Shown here: piece after piece, positions 1 through 10,527 of the stretch
Numbering within the stretch: the stretch's first letter is position 1
Layout of the letters: each line of letters starts with the position of its first letter
DNA from: an uncultured Acidobacteriota bacterium
GTDB lineage: Bacteria; Acidobacteriota; UBA6911
DNA length: 64,000 nucleotides
Assembly (NCBI GenBank): GCA_963809485.1
Contig: CAWEJX010000007.1
Coordinates: 512,001 to 576,000 of the forward strand
Direction of reading: 5' to 3'
Program-made: the position numbers and the translations under genes
Notes under the pieces: generated by a model
Seen by the model: only the letters and a program-made list of their open reading frames with translations
What the model was told of the DNA's origin: nothing
Database searches by the model: none

Positions 1-519
1 GTGACCTCCGAGGAGCGGTACTGCTCCCATCTGATGTGCTATATTCTGGGCGGCGGCGTCAGCTCCCGGCTTTTTCAGAATATCCGCGAAAAACGCGGTC
101 TTGTGTATTCGATATATTCGACGTTGAATCTCTATCGGGATGCCGGGTCCCTGGTGGTTTACGCGGGGACGGCGCCCGACAAGGCGGCCCAGGTGGTGGA
201 CCTGACGCTCATGGAATTCAGGAGACTTCGCGAGCAGCCGGTTCCCTCCCGGGAGCTGAGGAGGGCGAAGGAAAGCATCAAAGGCTCGGTGATGCTGAGC
301 CTGGAAAGCTCCAGCAGCCGCATGACTCATCTCGCGCAACAGCTTATTTACCACGGGCGGTTTTGCAGCCTGGAGGAAATTCTGGAAGCGGTGGAGCGGA
401 TCACGGCGCGCGATATCCTGAATCTCGCCAACAGGATTTTTGGCTCCTCGTGTCTGACCCTGACGGCTCTGGGCGGCCGGAACGGCCGGGATCTGCAAGC
501 GATGACGATCGGTGTGTAA
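1..519 (+). CDS. M16 (pitrilysin-family) zinc peptidase, C-terminal part (truncated by window edge)
   Basis: ILGGGVSSRLFQNIREKRGLVYSI is the characteristic M16 C-terminal domain motif. Confidence 0.9.
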   Translation: MTSEERYCSHLMCYILGGGVSSRLFQNIREKRGLVYSIYSTLNLYRDAGSLVVYAGTAPDKAAQVVDLTLMEFRRLREQPVPSRELRRAKESIKGSVMLSLESSSSRMTHLAQQLIYHGRFCSLEEILEAVERITARDILNLANRIFGSSCLTLTALGGRNGRDLQAMTIGV

Positions 520-522
520 TCC

Positions 523-1308
523 ATGGGACTGAGTTTCACTTTGCTGGGCAGCGGCAGTTCGGGCAACACCACTCTGGTGAGCGACGGGACAACGCACATC
601 CTGGTGGACGTCGGATTGAGCGGGCGCGAGACGGCGCGGAGGCTCAGGGAGTGTGGGCTGGAGCCGGATAAGATCTCGGCTATCGTGATTTCCCACGAAC
701 ACGGCGATCACTGCCGCGGGGTAGGGCCTTTTGCCAAAAATCTGGACATACCGGTTTTTATGACGGAAGCGGCTCTCGCCTGTTCCGGCCTGTCCCTGGA
801 TTCGAGAAAATTTCAGCGGATCAGCTCCGGCGAAAGCTTCGACATAAACGGCATCCTTTTTACCGGCTTTTCGGTGCCCCATGATGCCATCGATCCGCTC
901 GGTTTTGTGATTGAAAAGGACGGCGTCAAAATCGGCATCGTGCTGGATCTGGGCTACCTGTCCAACCTCGTCATCGAGCGCCTGAAGGGCTGCGACGGCA
1001 TCATCCTGGAATCCAACCATGATATGGAAATGCTCAAGGTAGGTCCTTATCCCTGGGCGCTCAAACAGCGGGTCATGAGCCGGCGCGGGCACCTTTCCAA
1101 CGAATCCGTGGCGCAGTACCTGGGCAACGACTTCGACGGCAAAGCCGAGCATGTGGTTTTGGCCCACCTCAGCAAGAACAACAACCTTCCCGAGCTGGCC
1201 CTTTTGTCAGCGCAAAGGGCGCTGGAGGCGCGAATGGATTCGCCGGTTGGCAGGACAAGGCTCGAGCTGGCCAGGCCCGATCAAATCAGCGTTACGTACC
1301 GCTATTGA
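523..1308 (+). CDS. MBL-fold metallo-hydrolase (YycJ/WalJ-like)
   Basis: GSGSSGN, SHEHGDH (HxHxDH), PHDA, ESNHD, GHLSN and LAHLS motifs. Confidence 0.9.
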   Translation: MGLSFTLLGSGSSGNTTLVSDGTTHILVDVGLSGRETARRLRECGLEPDKISAIVISHEHGDHCRGVGPFAKNLDIPVFMTEAALACSGLSLDSRKFQRISSGESFDINGILFTGFSVPHDAIDPLGFVIEKDGVKIGIVLDLGYLSNLVIERLKGCDGIILESNHDMEMLKVGPYPWALKQRVMSRRGHLSNESVAQYLGNDFDGKAEHVVLAHLSKNNNLPELALLSAQRALEARMDSPVGRTRLELARPDQISVTYRY

Positions 1309-1360
1309 TGAATTGGGTCGAGGCTCCGTCCTTTGTCCATTGTGAGTTTGATGCATTAGT

Positions 1361-1661
1361 TAGTTACTGTTGCGAACATGGTTTGTGCCGCGTAGCGGCT
1401 ATATGATTTTAGCCCGGCCTTTTAAGGACGGGAACCATGGTGTTGCGAACAGCGCGTCGCGTAGCGACGCCTGAGATTCAACCGTCGCTACGCGACGGAA
1501 AACCTAACTCCTTTAAATCCAGGCCTTAAAAGGCCTGGCTAAATTCAGCTGGCCGCTACGCGGCCGGGCTGCAATTTCCGGCTTCTGTGTAATATCAAGT
1601 ATCCTATGGATGTTATAAAATCCGGTTTCTTTGCAAAACCCGAGTTTCGCGACAGAAGCTA
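1361..1661. mobile_element. ~300-bp MITE-like element with terminal inverted repeats and nested REP-like palindromic core (copy 1)
   Basis: Ends TAGTTACTGTTGCGAAC / GTTTCGCGACAGAAGCTA; internal GCCGCGTAGCGGC...GCCGCTACGCGGC; homologous over its full length to 38673-38974. Confidence 0.85.
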
Positions 1662-1741
1662 GTTAATGGAATTGGGAAACCTGGAGGTTTTTGAGCGCGG
1701 TTTTGTCCACCGCTCAAATAAACAAATGAGGACTGCATATC

Positions 1742-3040
1742 ATGATCGATCGGTACATGCCTGAGGATTTCACGAAAATCTGGTCGGAAGAAAATATGTA
1801 TCGCACCTGGCTTCGCGTGGAGCTGGAGGTATGCCGCGTCCTGGCCGAAAAAGGGTGGATTCCGGCGGAGTCCATGGAAGTCATTGAGAAGAAAGCGAAT
1901 TTTTCGGCGGCGCGGATCAAGGAAATCGAAAATGTGACTCATCACGACCTGATCGCCTTCACGACCAGCATTGCCGAATTTGTGGGGCCGGATTCCAGGT
2001 ACATCCACTGGGGACTAACATCCACCGATGTGATCGATACGGCCCGCGGCCTTCAGTTCAAGCAGGCGAGCGAGAAAATAGTCGCCGCCATGGACGAGCT
2101 TCGGAAAGCCATTGGGGACCGGTCGCAGGAGCACCGGAAAACTCTGATGATGGGACGGACGCATGGGGTGCATGCGGAGGTGACGACGTTCGGATTGAAG
2201 CTGGCGGTGTGGTACGACGAGATGCGCCGGAACCGCGAACGGATGCTGCGTGCGGCCGAGGCTGTCTGCGTGGGGAAGATCTCCGGCGCCGTGGGGACTT
2301 TTGCCCATCTGGATCCCGATGTGGAGGCGCAGGTTTGCGCGCGGCTGGGACTGAAAGCGGCTCCGGCATCCACTCAAACGCTTCAGAGGGACCGGCACGC
2401 AGAGTACCTTTGCACCATCGCCATTGTCGGCGCCTCCCTGGACAAATTCGCAACCGAAATACGCCATCTTCAGAGAACCGAAGTGCGGGAAGCGGAGGAA
2501 CCCTTTGCCGCAGGGCAGAAAGGATCTTCCGCAATGCCTCATAAGCGCAATCCGATCAAGTGCGAACAGGTGTCGGGATTGTCCCGTCTGCTGCGCGGGT
2601 ACGCCGTGACAGGGCTGGAAAATGTCGCGCTCTGGCATGAAAGGGATATCTCCCACTCATCGGCGGAAAGGGTGATCCTGCCGGATGCGACGGGCGTCCT
2701 CTGTTACCTTCTCCGTGCCATGACGAAAATCATCAGGAAGATGGTGGTGTATCCGGAGCGGATGCTCAAAAACATTGAACTGACCCGGGGTCTGGCATAC
2801 TCCGGCCAGCTGCTTCTGGATCTCACGCGCAAGGGTGTCGTCAGAGAGGACGCCTATCGCTGGATTCAGCGGTGCTCCATGCAGGTGTGGGACGAAGACA
2901 AGGATTTCCTGCAGGTTCTGGAGGCAGACCCTGACATTACAAAGGTCCTTTCCCGGGACGAAATCCGCTCGGTGGTGAATCCGGAGCTTCAGCTGCGCAA
3001 TGTCGACGCCATTTTCACGCGCGTCTTCGATCTCAAATAA
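1742..3040 (+). CDS. purB: adenylosuccinate lyase
   Basis: GSSAMPHKRNP fumarase/ASL signature, GRTHGVHAE, WHERDISHSSAER. Confidence 0.97.
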   Translation: MIDRYMPEDFTKIWSEENMYRTWLRVELEVCRVLAEKGWIPAESMEVIEKKANFSAARIKEIENVTHHDLIAFTTSIAEFVGPDSRYIHWGLTSTDVIDTARGLQFKQASEKIVAAMDELRKAIGDRSQEHRKTLMMGRTHGVHAEVTTFGLKLAVWYDEMRRNRERMLRAAEAVCVGKISGAVGTFAHLDPDVEAQVCARLGLKAAPASTQTLQRDRHAEYLCTIAIVGASLDKFATEIRHLQRTEVREAEEPFAAGQKGSSAMPHKRNPIKCEQVSGLSRLLRGYAVTGLENVALWHERDISHSSAERVILPDATGVLCYLLRAMTKIIRKMVVYPERMLKNIELTRGLAYSGQLLLDLTRKGVVREDAYRWIQRCSMQVWDEDKDFLQVLEADPDITKVLSRDEIRSVVNPELQLRNVDAIFTRVFDLK

Positions 3041-3065
3041 TCGCGGCCTTCCTGCCGAATTTTTT

Positions 3066-3096
3066 GTGAGGACGGTCTCTCCAGATCCGTCCTCAC
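3066..3096. repeat. short palindromic repeat GTGAGGACGG...CCGTCCTCAC, possible terminator or REP
   Basis: 10-bp perfect stem; related copies at about 3192-3219 and 20423-20457. Confidence 0.7.
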
Positions 3097-3142
3097 TTAA
3101 TCAAAATCAAATGCTGATGGAATAATATTTATTATTATTTTT

Positions 3143-3180
3143 TCAGCGTATGTCGGCGTTTATCGGCGTTCGTCCGCGTT
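3143..3180. repeat. 9-nt-period TCRGCGT repeat tract next to an AT-rich core
   Basis: TCAGCGTATG TCGGCGTTTA TCGGCGTTCG TCCGCGTT; same family at 11600, 17137, 43320 and 56704. Confidence 0.7.
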
Positions 3181-3242
3181 AAAAGTCATGTACGAGTCTC
3201 CAGAGACCGTTCTCACCGGAATCCGGACTGGAAGCGCGGGGG

Positions 3243-4898
3243 CTACGGCATGGGGATCGTGATTCCGCGGGCGCGGGCAAATTCCTGCGCTTCGGCATAG
3301 CCGGCATCCGCGTGACGCACCACACCGATCCCCGGATCATTGGTCAGGACGCGCTCAATCCTTCGGTTCATCTCTTCCGTCCCGTCCGCAACCGTGACCT
3401 GGCCCGCATGCAGGGAGTAGCCGATCCCCACGCCGCCCCCATGATGGAAGGAAACCCAGGATGCCCCGCTGGCGGTATTCAACAGGGCATTCAGGATGGG
3501 CCAGTCCGCAACGGCGTCCGAAGTGTCTTTCATTCCTTCGGTCTCCCGGTAGGGAGAGGCGACCGACCCGCAGTCCAGGTGATCCCGCCCCATAACGACC
3601 GGGGCCTTGATTTTTCCGCGCGCGACCAGGTCGTTCAGACGCAGGCCGAAGGCCGCTCTTTCTCCATAGCCGAGCCAGCAGATGCGTGCCGGCAGGCCCT
3701 GAAACCGGATCTTCTCCCTGGCCATCCGGATCCATTCACAGAGGCTTTCGTTCGCGGGAAACATTTCCAGAACCAGATCGTCGGTGAGAGCGATGTCTCG
3801 GGGATCTCCGGATAGCGCGGCCCAGCGGAACGGCCCGCGGCCCTCGCAGAACAGGGGCCTTATATAGGCCGGGACAAAGCCCGGAAAATCAAGCGCATTC
3901 ACGACGCCGGCCTTCAAAGCCTGCCCGCGAATATTGTTCCCGTAATCGAATGTCACTGCGCCGCGCGACTGCAACTCGAGCATCGCCCGGACATGGGTGG
4001 CGATGGAGTCCATGCTCCGCCGCAGATACTCATCCGGATCTTCCCGCCGCAGTCTCGCAGCCTCTTCCAGGGAAATGGCGGCGGGGATATAGCCATTCAA
4101 GGGATCGTGGGCGCTGGTCTGATCGGTCAGGATGTCCGGCGTGAATCCGCGCCGCAAAAGCTCAGGAAGCACATCGGCGCAGTTCCCGACCAGCCCGACC
4201 GACAAGGCTTCGCCTTTTCGCGCCGCGCCTTCGACCAGCGCGAGGGCTTCGTCCAGATCCTGGGACATTTTGTCACAGTAGCCTGTTCTGAGGCGCTTCC
4301 GGATCCGCTCCGGATCCACCTCGATGCCCAGAAACGCGGCGCCGGCCATGGCAGCTGCCAGAGGCTGCGCCCCTCCCATGCCGCCGAGCCCGCCCGACAC
4401 GAGAATCCTGCCTCTCAGGCTGCCTCCAAAATGATGGCGGGCGACCGATGAAAATGTTTCATAGGTGCCCTGGATGATTCCCTGGCTGCCTATATAAATC
4501 CAGCTCCCCGCCGTCATCTGGCCGTACATCATCAATCCCAGAGCCTCCAGACGGCGAAATTCCTCCCAGTTGGCCCAGTGGCCGACTAGATTCGAATTCG
4601 CGATCAGAATTCTCGGTGAATATTCATGCGTACGGAAAACCCCCGCCGGTTTGCCGGACTGGATCAAAAGAGTTTCATCGTTATTGAGGGCGCGAAGAGA
4701 CCGGACGATGGCGTGGTAGCAGTCCCAGTTCCGCGCGGCCCTGCCGCTGCCGCCGTATACAACCAGATCGTCGGGACGCTCCGCAACGTTTTCATCCAGG
4801 TTATTCATCAGCATGCGCAGCGCCGCCTCCTGGGGCCAGCCCTTGCAGCTGATCCCAGGGCCGACCGGCGCATGGATTTTTTGATGGATTCCCGACAT
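3243..4898 (-). CDS. hutU: urocanate hydratase
   Basis: [42 protein letters not shown] and HHGGGVG motifs. Confidence 0.97.
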   Translation of the reverse strand: MSGIHQKIHAPVGPGISCKGWPQEAALRMLMNNLDENVAERPDDLVVYGGSGRAARNWDCYHAIVRSLRALNNDETLLIQSGKPAGVFRTHEYSPRILIANSNLVGHWANWEEFRRLEALGLMMYGQMTAGSWIYIGSQGIIQGTYETFSSVARHHFGGSLRGRILVSGGLGGMGGAQPLAAAMAGAAFLGIEVDPERIRKRLRTGYCDKMSQDLDEALALVEGAARKGEALSVGLVGNCADVLPELLRRGFTPDILTDQTSAHDPLNGYIPAAISLEEAARLRREDPDEYLRRSMDSIATHVRAMLELQSRGAVTFDYGNNIRGQALKAGVVNALDFPGFVPAYIRPLFCEGRGPFRWAALSGDPRDIALTDDLVLEMFPANESLCEWIRMAREKIRFQGLPARICWLGYGERAAFGLRLNDLVARGKIKAPVVMGRDHLDCGSVASPYRETEGMKDTSDAVADWPILNALLNTASGASWVSFHHGGGVGIGYSLHAGQVTVADGTEEMNRRIERVLTNDPGIGVVRHADAGYAEAQEFARARGITIPMP

Positions 4899-5288
4899 AA
4901 TAAACTCCCGTAAAAAGTTCGGCTTGACGCTTTCCGTGAATTATGTCCCTATTGGACGGCAGAAGCCAGGATTCGGAAGCCGGAATCGCCGGGAAGGATC
5001 GCTCTGGGATTCCCGGCCTGCTGAAGCCCGGAAGCCCAATCCGCTCAGTTTGGCGATCCGAAAGCCGGAAAGGTTCCATTTGTTGAGGCCTTCAAAGACA
5101 CCGGGATTCGGCTCTGATATAATCGGATTCCGGGCCAGCCGCTGAAGGAGGTGGCCACAGACAGGAGGAATCCCAGCCTTTTGGAGCGCCGGCTAAAACC
5201 CTGGGCCGGCAGAATACGGGTTAAGAAAAGGAATTATATATTTTTCAGGGTGTGTTGACGTTCCTTTGGAACAAATGCTGGAGAGATT

Positions 5289-6665
5289 ATGACGACATTA
5301 ATTAAGAATGGTACCATCATCACGGCCACGGATACCTACAAAGCGGATATCCTGGTGAAGAATGGGATCATTTCCGAAGTCGGGCGGGAAATTTCAAAGA
5401 TAGCCAGCGAGATCATAGATGCGACGGATAAATGGGTTTTGCCCGGCGCCATTGATGTGCATACCCATATCGACACCCAGGCCGACGGAATGACAACCGT
5501 CGATGATTTTGAGACGGGAACGGCTGCTGCCGCGGCTGGCGGAACCACCACAATCATAGATTATGCCGAGCAGGCCCCGGGCGCCACTCTTGCCCAGACG
5601 CTCGAAGACTGGAAATCGAAAGCGGCGCCGCGGTCCATCGTGGATTACGGATTTCACCTCGCTCTGAGTGAAGTAAACGAAAACGTGCTGGCGGAGATTC
5701 CCGCCATGGTGGATGCAGGCGTGAGCAGTTTCCAGGTAAACCTGGACCGCCACGGCGACCGTCACATCAATGACGCGCAATTGCTGGAGTTCCTGCAGCG
5801 CACCGGCGGCGCCGGCGCGCTGCCGTGCGTGCATGCCGAAAACGGGGAAATTATCGATCTTTACCTGCGGCGCCTGCTCGCAGAGGGCAAAACTTCGCCC
5901 AGATACATAACCGCTGCGCGCCCTCCCGAGGTGGAAGCCCAGTCGACGGCCCGCGCCATCAGTATGGCGGACATGGCGAAATCCCCGATGTACCTGACCA
6001 GTCTCTCTTCCGCGCATGCGATCGAAAAGGTCAAGATAGCCAGAGACCGCGGCCAGTTGGTCTTTACGGAAACCTGCTCCCACTATCTGGTGATGCCGTG
6101 CGAGCGGTATGACGAGCCGGAAGGAATCAAGTATTCCTGCTCGCCTCCCCTCAGGCCTTCCTGGCATGCGGATGTGCTCTGGAAAGCGATTGCGAGCGGC
6201 GACATTCACGCCATTGGGAGCGGTCACTGGGCATTCAACTACGCGGGACAGAAGGACCTGGGCAAGGAAAACTTCACTCAGGCGCCGTACGGCTTTCCCG
6301 GAATTCAGGAGCGCCTGTCCGTGTTGTGCTCGGCCGGCGTTCACGGCGGGAGGATTTCGGCGAATCGGCTGGTCGACCTGATATGCACGTCCCCGGCCAA
6401 GCTGTTCGGCATTTTCCCGCGCAAGGGGACCCTGGCGGTCGGGAGCGACGCGGACATGGTCGTCTTCGATCCCAAGGTGGAAACGGTGCTTTCGAAAGCC
6501 CTGAGCCTTTCCCGCTCGGACTACACGCCTTACGAAGGGATGAGAGTGCGCGGCGCCACTTGGCTTGTGCTCCAGCGCGGAAGAGTCATTGCCCGCGAGA
6601 GCAGGGTCATGGGACGCCCGGGAAGCGGCGAATTCCTGCCTCGGGCCCGGTTCAGCATGCCCTAG
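5289..6665 (+). CDS. dihydropyrimidinase/hydantoinase-family protein with degenerate active site (CRMP-like)
   Basis: PGAIDVHTH, GGTTTIID, VHAENG, SPPLR, GSDADMVVFDP; but SFQ for SFK, LTSLS for xVHxS and GSGH for xSDH. Confidence 0.88.
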   Translation: MTTLIKNGTIITATDTYKADILVKNGIISEVGREISKIASEIIDATDKWVLPGAIDVHTHIDTQADGMTTVDDFETGTAAAAAGGTTTIIDYAEQAPGATLAQTLEDWKSKAAPRSIVDYGFHLALSEVNENVLAEIPAMVDAGVSSFQVNLDRHGDRHINDAQLLEFLQRTGGAGALPCVHAENGEIIDLYLRRLLAEGKTSPRYITAARPPEVEAQSTARAISMADMAKSPMYLTSLSSAHAIEKVKIARDRGQLVFTETCSHYLVMPCERYDEPEGIKYSCSPPLRPSWHADVLWKAIASGDIHAIGSGHWAFNYAGQKDLGKENFTQAPYGFPGIQERLSVLCSAGVHGGRISANRLVDLICTSPAKLFGIFPRKGTLAVGSDADMVVFDPKVETVLSKALSLSRSDYTPYEGMRVRGATWLVLQRGRVIARESRVMGRPGSGEFLPRARFSMP

Positions 6666-6783
6666 GCGATGCTGCGCCGGAACGGAGACGGAGGAGCGAG
6701 GTTCCGGCCTATTCGGTTTTGGACTGCCGCGATCGGTTCGCTGCGTTGTTGAACCTGGTGCGGTGTGCTATGGTGCTACTCTG

Positions 6784-8604
6784 ATGAGAGAGTGTCCGCA
6801 GTGCCATAATGCTTATCCCGAGCCGTTCCACTATTGCCCCGCAGACGGTTCCGAGCTGGGCGAAAACAAGGAGGAGCCGGGACTCAAGGTCTCGCCGCGC
6901 GAGCCCGCCACCATAAGGGTTCGAACTCTCATGCTGGCATTCGGGGTCCTCGTGCTTTCCTTCCTCGTGGCCCTTGGCATTGCCTTTTTCTACCAGGATT
7001 TGAAGCCCAAATATGGGACTCTGACCATAAAAACCACACCGCCCGGGGCGATGATCTGGGTGGATGGGAAGCAAAGGGGCGTTTCCCCCATAACGATCCA
7101 GGATTTGCGCAGCGGCCGGCATTCCCTGAAGGGGGCTAAAGAGGGATACAAGGAAAGGATCCAGGAGATTCCCGTTCAGCCCTATGAATCCCAAAGCGTG
7201 CACTGGGATCTGGAGCCGATTGTTCCGCAGCTAAGCAACGAACAACTGGCTGAAGTCGAGTTTCTGAAAAAGAAGCTGGAGAGCGCACAGAAAGAGAACA
7301 TACTTTTTCCGCCTCCCGAAGACTACAACGTCCTTTTTTTCGCCAACAAAATCCTCTCCATCGATCCCAAAAACAGTTCTGCGCTCGAGGCCAAAGAAAA
7401 AATGGCGGCGATGATTCGCCGGGATGCGGAATCCGCCTATGCCCGCGAGGACTGGCTGGAGTCGGAAAAACAATACAAAAACCTTGCTCTGCTCTTGCCG
7501 GACGACATCTCGATCGGGGAACGCCTCACAGATGTTGCCGCAAAGCTCGACGCAAGCGTAAAGGACCGCGAGCAGCAGATTCAGGACTGGACGGCGAAAG
7601 CGGATGCCGCGCTGAAAGTGGGAAGCCTGCTCCCGCCGGACAAGGATAATGCCTACGACGCCATACGGAGCATCCAGCGCCTGGACAGAAACAACAGCTA
7701 TGCCCGCGAGGCTACCGCTCATCTCAAGGAGCTGCTCCAGAACCGGGGAGACACCAAGATCGCCGCTTCCGAATGGCAGGGCGCCCGCAGCGATTTCAGG
7801 CTGATGCTGCAGTATTTTCCCGAGGACAATTACAGCAAAGCCCGTCTGGCCTTTGTCGAATCCAGGATCGCGGAAATTTCTCAGTTGGAGCAGCAGCGGG
7901 CAATCCGCACAGCCGAGGAGCAGCAGTCCAGGCAGAAAACCTCAGCCCTGCGCCAATCAGCGCTCAGCTCGTTTCGCGCCGGCCTTTATCAAAAGTCTAT
8001 TTCCGAGTGGCAGGAATACCTGAAGATCGAACCCAACAGCGACGAAGCTTATTTTTACCTGGGGGCAAGTTATCAGGATTTGAAACAGCTGGATACCGCC
8101 ATTCTGAATTTTGAAAAGTGCCTTTCCATAAACCCCAATAATGCCCTGGCTCATCTGAATCTGGGACTGCTCTACGATTATCATCGCGACAGCCTCAAGA
8201 AGGCGGAGGAGCATCTCAGAAAAGCGAAGGATCTCGGCGGGGCCGAGAAATACAGTCCCGACCGGCTTCAGGCCATGATCCAGGATCTGCAGGACCGGGC
8301 TCAGGCAATCTCCGTGGTAAAAAAGCCCTTCGCCGTCGAACACCGGCATGCCTTTTCCAGCTGCCGGGGGAGTCTCTATCTTGCGGACGAAGGCATCGAG
8401 TACAGAACGACGGAAACGGATCACAGCTTCTACGAACCCTACAAAGAACTGCGGAGCTTGTCTCTGGATGGCAACGAGCTCTCCATCCGGACACGGAATA
8501 ACAAGAGATACAACTTCCACCTGCTCAACGCGGGAGATGCAGCCCGAATCCGCGCATGGCACCTGTCTTCGCGACAGATCCAGATCAACGGACGGGCCGA
8601 GTAG
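6784..8604 (+). CDS. membrane protein with Zn-ribbon, TM helix, PEGA domain and TPR repeats
   Basis: CPQC...CPADG N-terminus; hydrophobic helix; TTPPGAMIWVDGKQRGVSP (PEGA); PNSDEAYFYLG and PNNALAHLNLG TPRs; start moved to ATG 6784. Confidence 0.8.
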   Translation: MRECPQCHNAYPEPFHYCPADGSELGENKEEPGLKVSPREPATIRVRTLMLAFGVLVLSFLVALGIAFFYQDLKPKYGTLTIKTTPPGAMIWVDGKQRGVSPITIQDLRSGRHSLKGAKEGYKERIQEIPVQPYESQSVHWDLEPIVPQLSNEQLAEVEFLKKKLESAQKENILFPPPEDYNVLFFANKILSIDPKNSSALEAKEKMAAMIRRDAESAYAREDWLESEKQYKNLALLLPDDISIGERLTDVAAKLDASVKDREQQIQDWTAKADAALKVGSLLPPDKDNAYDAIRSIQRLDRNNSYAREATAHLKELLQNRGDTKIAASEWQGARSDFRLMLQYFPEDNYSKARLAFVESRIAEISQLEQQRAIRTAEEQQSRQKTSALRQSALSSFRAGLYQKSISEWQEYLKIEPNSDEAYFYLGASYQDLKQLDTAILNFEKCLSINPNNALAHLNLGLLYDYHRDSLKKAEEHLRKAKDLGGAEKYSPDRLQAMIQDLQDRAQAISVVKKPFAVEHRHAFSSCRGSLYLADEGIEYRTTETDHSFYEPYKELRSLSLDGNELSIRTRNNKRYNFHLLNAGDAARIRAWHLSSRQIQINGRAE

Positions 8605-8751
8605 GACGCACATCTTCCAAGAGGTTTCCACAAACAGGGTTTTCGCCTGCATAGGCCGAGGGAATCAGCAACGGAACAGCGCCGCTACCTGTCATCAAAC
8701 GCAGGCATGCCGCCTGAGCCGCCGGGGCAGGAAAGCCGCGGGAAATGCGGG

Positions 8752-10527
8752 CTACAGCTTTGTGCGTCCCGTGCTTGAATGGGAATCCGGCGGATGCGCC
8801 GAATCCCGCTTCTCGGGGGCATGAGTCTTCTTGGAGCGCCTGAAGACTCCGACGATGCCGAAAAGCATAAATCCTATGATGGCCCCGACGGCCAGCGGGA
8901 CAGGGTGAAGGTACCCTCGCAGCTGACGGACTGCATTTGAGGAATTCACCGTGTGCTGCTGCTGCAACAGCCCGATCTCATCGGAATTCCTGTTGATCAG
9001 CCGGGCTGTGAGGACGAGTTCGGCGTCCTGAGTTCCCTGATTGCGTATGCTCCAGCGCCAGGAGGAGCGGTCGCGCTCCCCGATCTCGTGGACCGATTCG
9101 CCCTGTTCCGGCCTGACGAGCATGGTGGCGGAACCGGAGACCAGATCCACTCGCATTTTCAGCCGCTCTCCCAAGGTGCTCAGGATATGCCTTTCCTCGG
9201 GCGTAACGCGCACAAAGTCGATGGATTCGGCTGAGAAATTGACGATGCCGCTTTTATCGGCATTGTGATTCAGGTTGGCCGGGAAGCTCCAGTCCAAGGT
9301 GCCCAGCAGCGTGTTTTTTAAATAAACCTGGGATTTGCCCCGGCGGACCCCTCCCTCCGTCTTTTCCTCCACCACGCGTGTGCGGAGCGACCGGACGGAC
9401 TGGGCGTAATCATCAAGCTTCTCCTTGGCTTTTTTGAGATCGAGGTACTGTTTGGCGAGCGAGTCCTCCTTGGATGTCAGGGTGCTGATTGTGCTCTGCA
9501 TCTGGCGATTGCTCGATTTTATCTCTTCGTTGTCGCTCACAAGGCGCGCATTGGCAGCCCGCTGGGCGTTGAGGTCCGTTTGCAGCGCGCCTGCCTGAGC
9601 TTCCAGGCCCTCGTTGTCCTTTTGCAGTTTCCTCATGGCCTGGCCCAGCTCCGCAATCTGCATCGTGAGGTCGCGGCCCGCGTCCACTTTGAGATTCAGC
9701 GAACGCTGGAGATTCGCCAACTCCCTCTGGTAGCCCCGCGCGGTTCCCCTGGCGTCGCGGAGCTCATCCCCCAGTTTGGTGACCTGGGATTCCGAGCTGT
9801 CGATCTTCTCCTGCAGCGCCGCATGAGAGCTCTTCAGGCGGGAATACTCCGATTGAAGGCTTTTTAGTTCGGCGTCCCGCTTGCGGTTCTCGGATTGAGA
9901 CTGGCTAAGCTGTGCGGAAATGTCCTGCAGCCTGTTCTTGAGGGTATCAATTTCACGCTGCGCTTCCTGAAACGCGGGCACATTGGGCGCGATATTCTTG
10001 AGGACGGATTCACGGCTGATGGATGCGGAAACGGCGATCTCGCGCACGGACCGCTCAAACTGCTCCTTGACAAAATCCTGCTTTGCGTCCTCGATATCCG
10101 TGTACTTCAGGCCTTCGGTAAAGGTGGACTGGAGCGACCTGTCAAAGATGTCCCGGTTTGGAAACGACTCCTGCAGATCGGCGTCGAACCTGAATCCGAT
10201 CTCGACGAAGCCCGAAGCGGCAATCGCGCCCAGCCTGAACTTGACCTCATTGCTTCCGAAATCCACGAGAAGAATCCGGAGCTGGTCTCCGACTTTAAAG
10301 CGAGGTTCCCCGCTGCCCGGCTCCACCCGATAGGTCTGCCCGCTAATGGTGACGACCTGTTTCAGACCGTAGACCGGGATTTTCAGAAAAATGGCCTTAT
10401 TTTCATAATCCCGCTTGTATTGTTCCTGGATGGAGCGTGAGACGCCGGCGAAACTGCCCGCTATGCCTGCAAGCATGAACAGCATCAGACAGGAAATCCT
10501 AAAAGGGTATTTCTGGCTGGATTGCAT
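8752..10527 (-). CDS. exported long coiled-coil protein with C-terminal membrane anchor (hypothetical)
   Basis: Signal-peptide-like N-terminus; long heptad-rich Q/E/K/L central region; C-terminal hydrophobic helix followed by RRSKK. Confidence 0.7.
   Translation of the reverse strand: MQSSQKYPFRISCLMLFMLAGIAGSFAGVSRSIQEQYKRDYENKAIFLKIPVYGLKQVVTISGQTYRVEPGSGEPRFKVGDQLRILLVDFGSNEVKFRLGAIAASGFVEIGFRFDADLQESFPNRDIFDRSLQSTFTEGLKYTDIEDAKQDFVKEQFERSVREIAVSASISRESVLKNIAPNVPAFQEAQREIDTLKNRLQDISAQLSQSQSENRKRDAELKSLQSEYSRLKSSHAALQEKIDSSESQVTKLGDELRDARGTARGYQRELANLQRSLNLKVDAGRDLTMQIAELGQAMRKLQKDNEGLEAQAGALQTDLNAQRAANARLVSDNEEIKSSNRQMQSTISTLTSKEDSLAKQYLDLKKAKEKLDDYAQSVRSLRTRVVEEKTEGGVRRGKSQVYLKNTLLGTLDWSFPANLNHNADKSGIVNFSAESIDFVRVTPEERHILSTLGERLKMRVDLVSGSATMLVRPEQGESVHEIGERDRSSWRWSIRNQGTQDAELVLTARLINRNSDEIGLLQQQHTVNSSNAVRQLRGYLHPVPLAVGAIIGFMLFGIVGVFRRSKKTHAPEKRDSAHPPDSHSSTGRTKL

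Noticed and set aside
5120-5230. ykkC/guanidine-type riboswitch upstream of the hydantoinase-like gene
   Set aside because: Only a loose AAAACCCTGGG resemblance; the conserved 5' core was not found. Needs Rfam cmscan.
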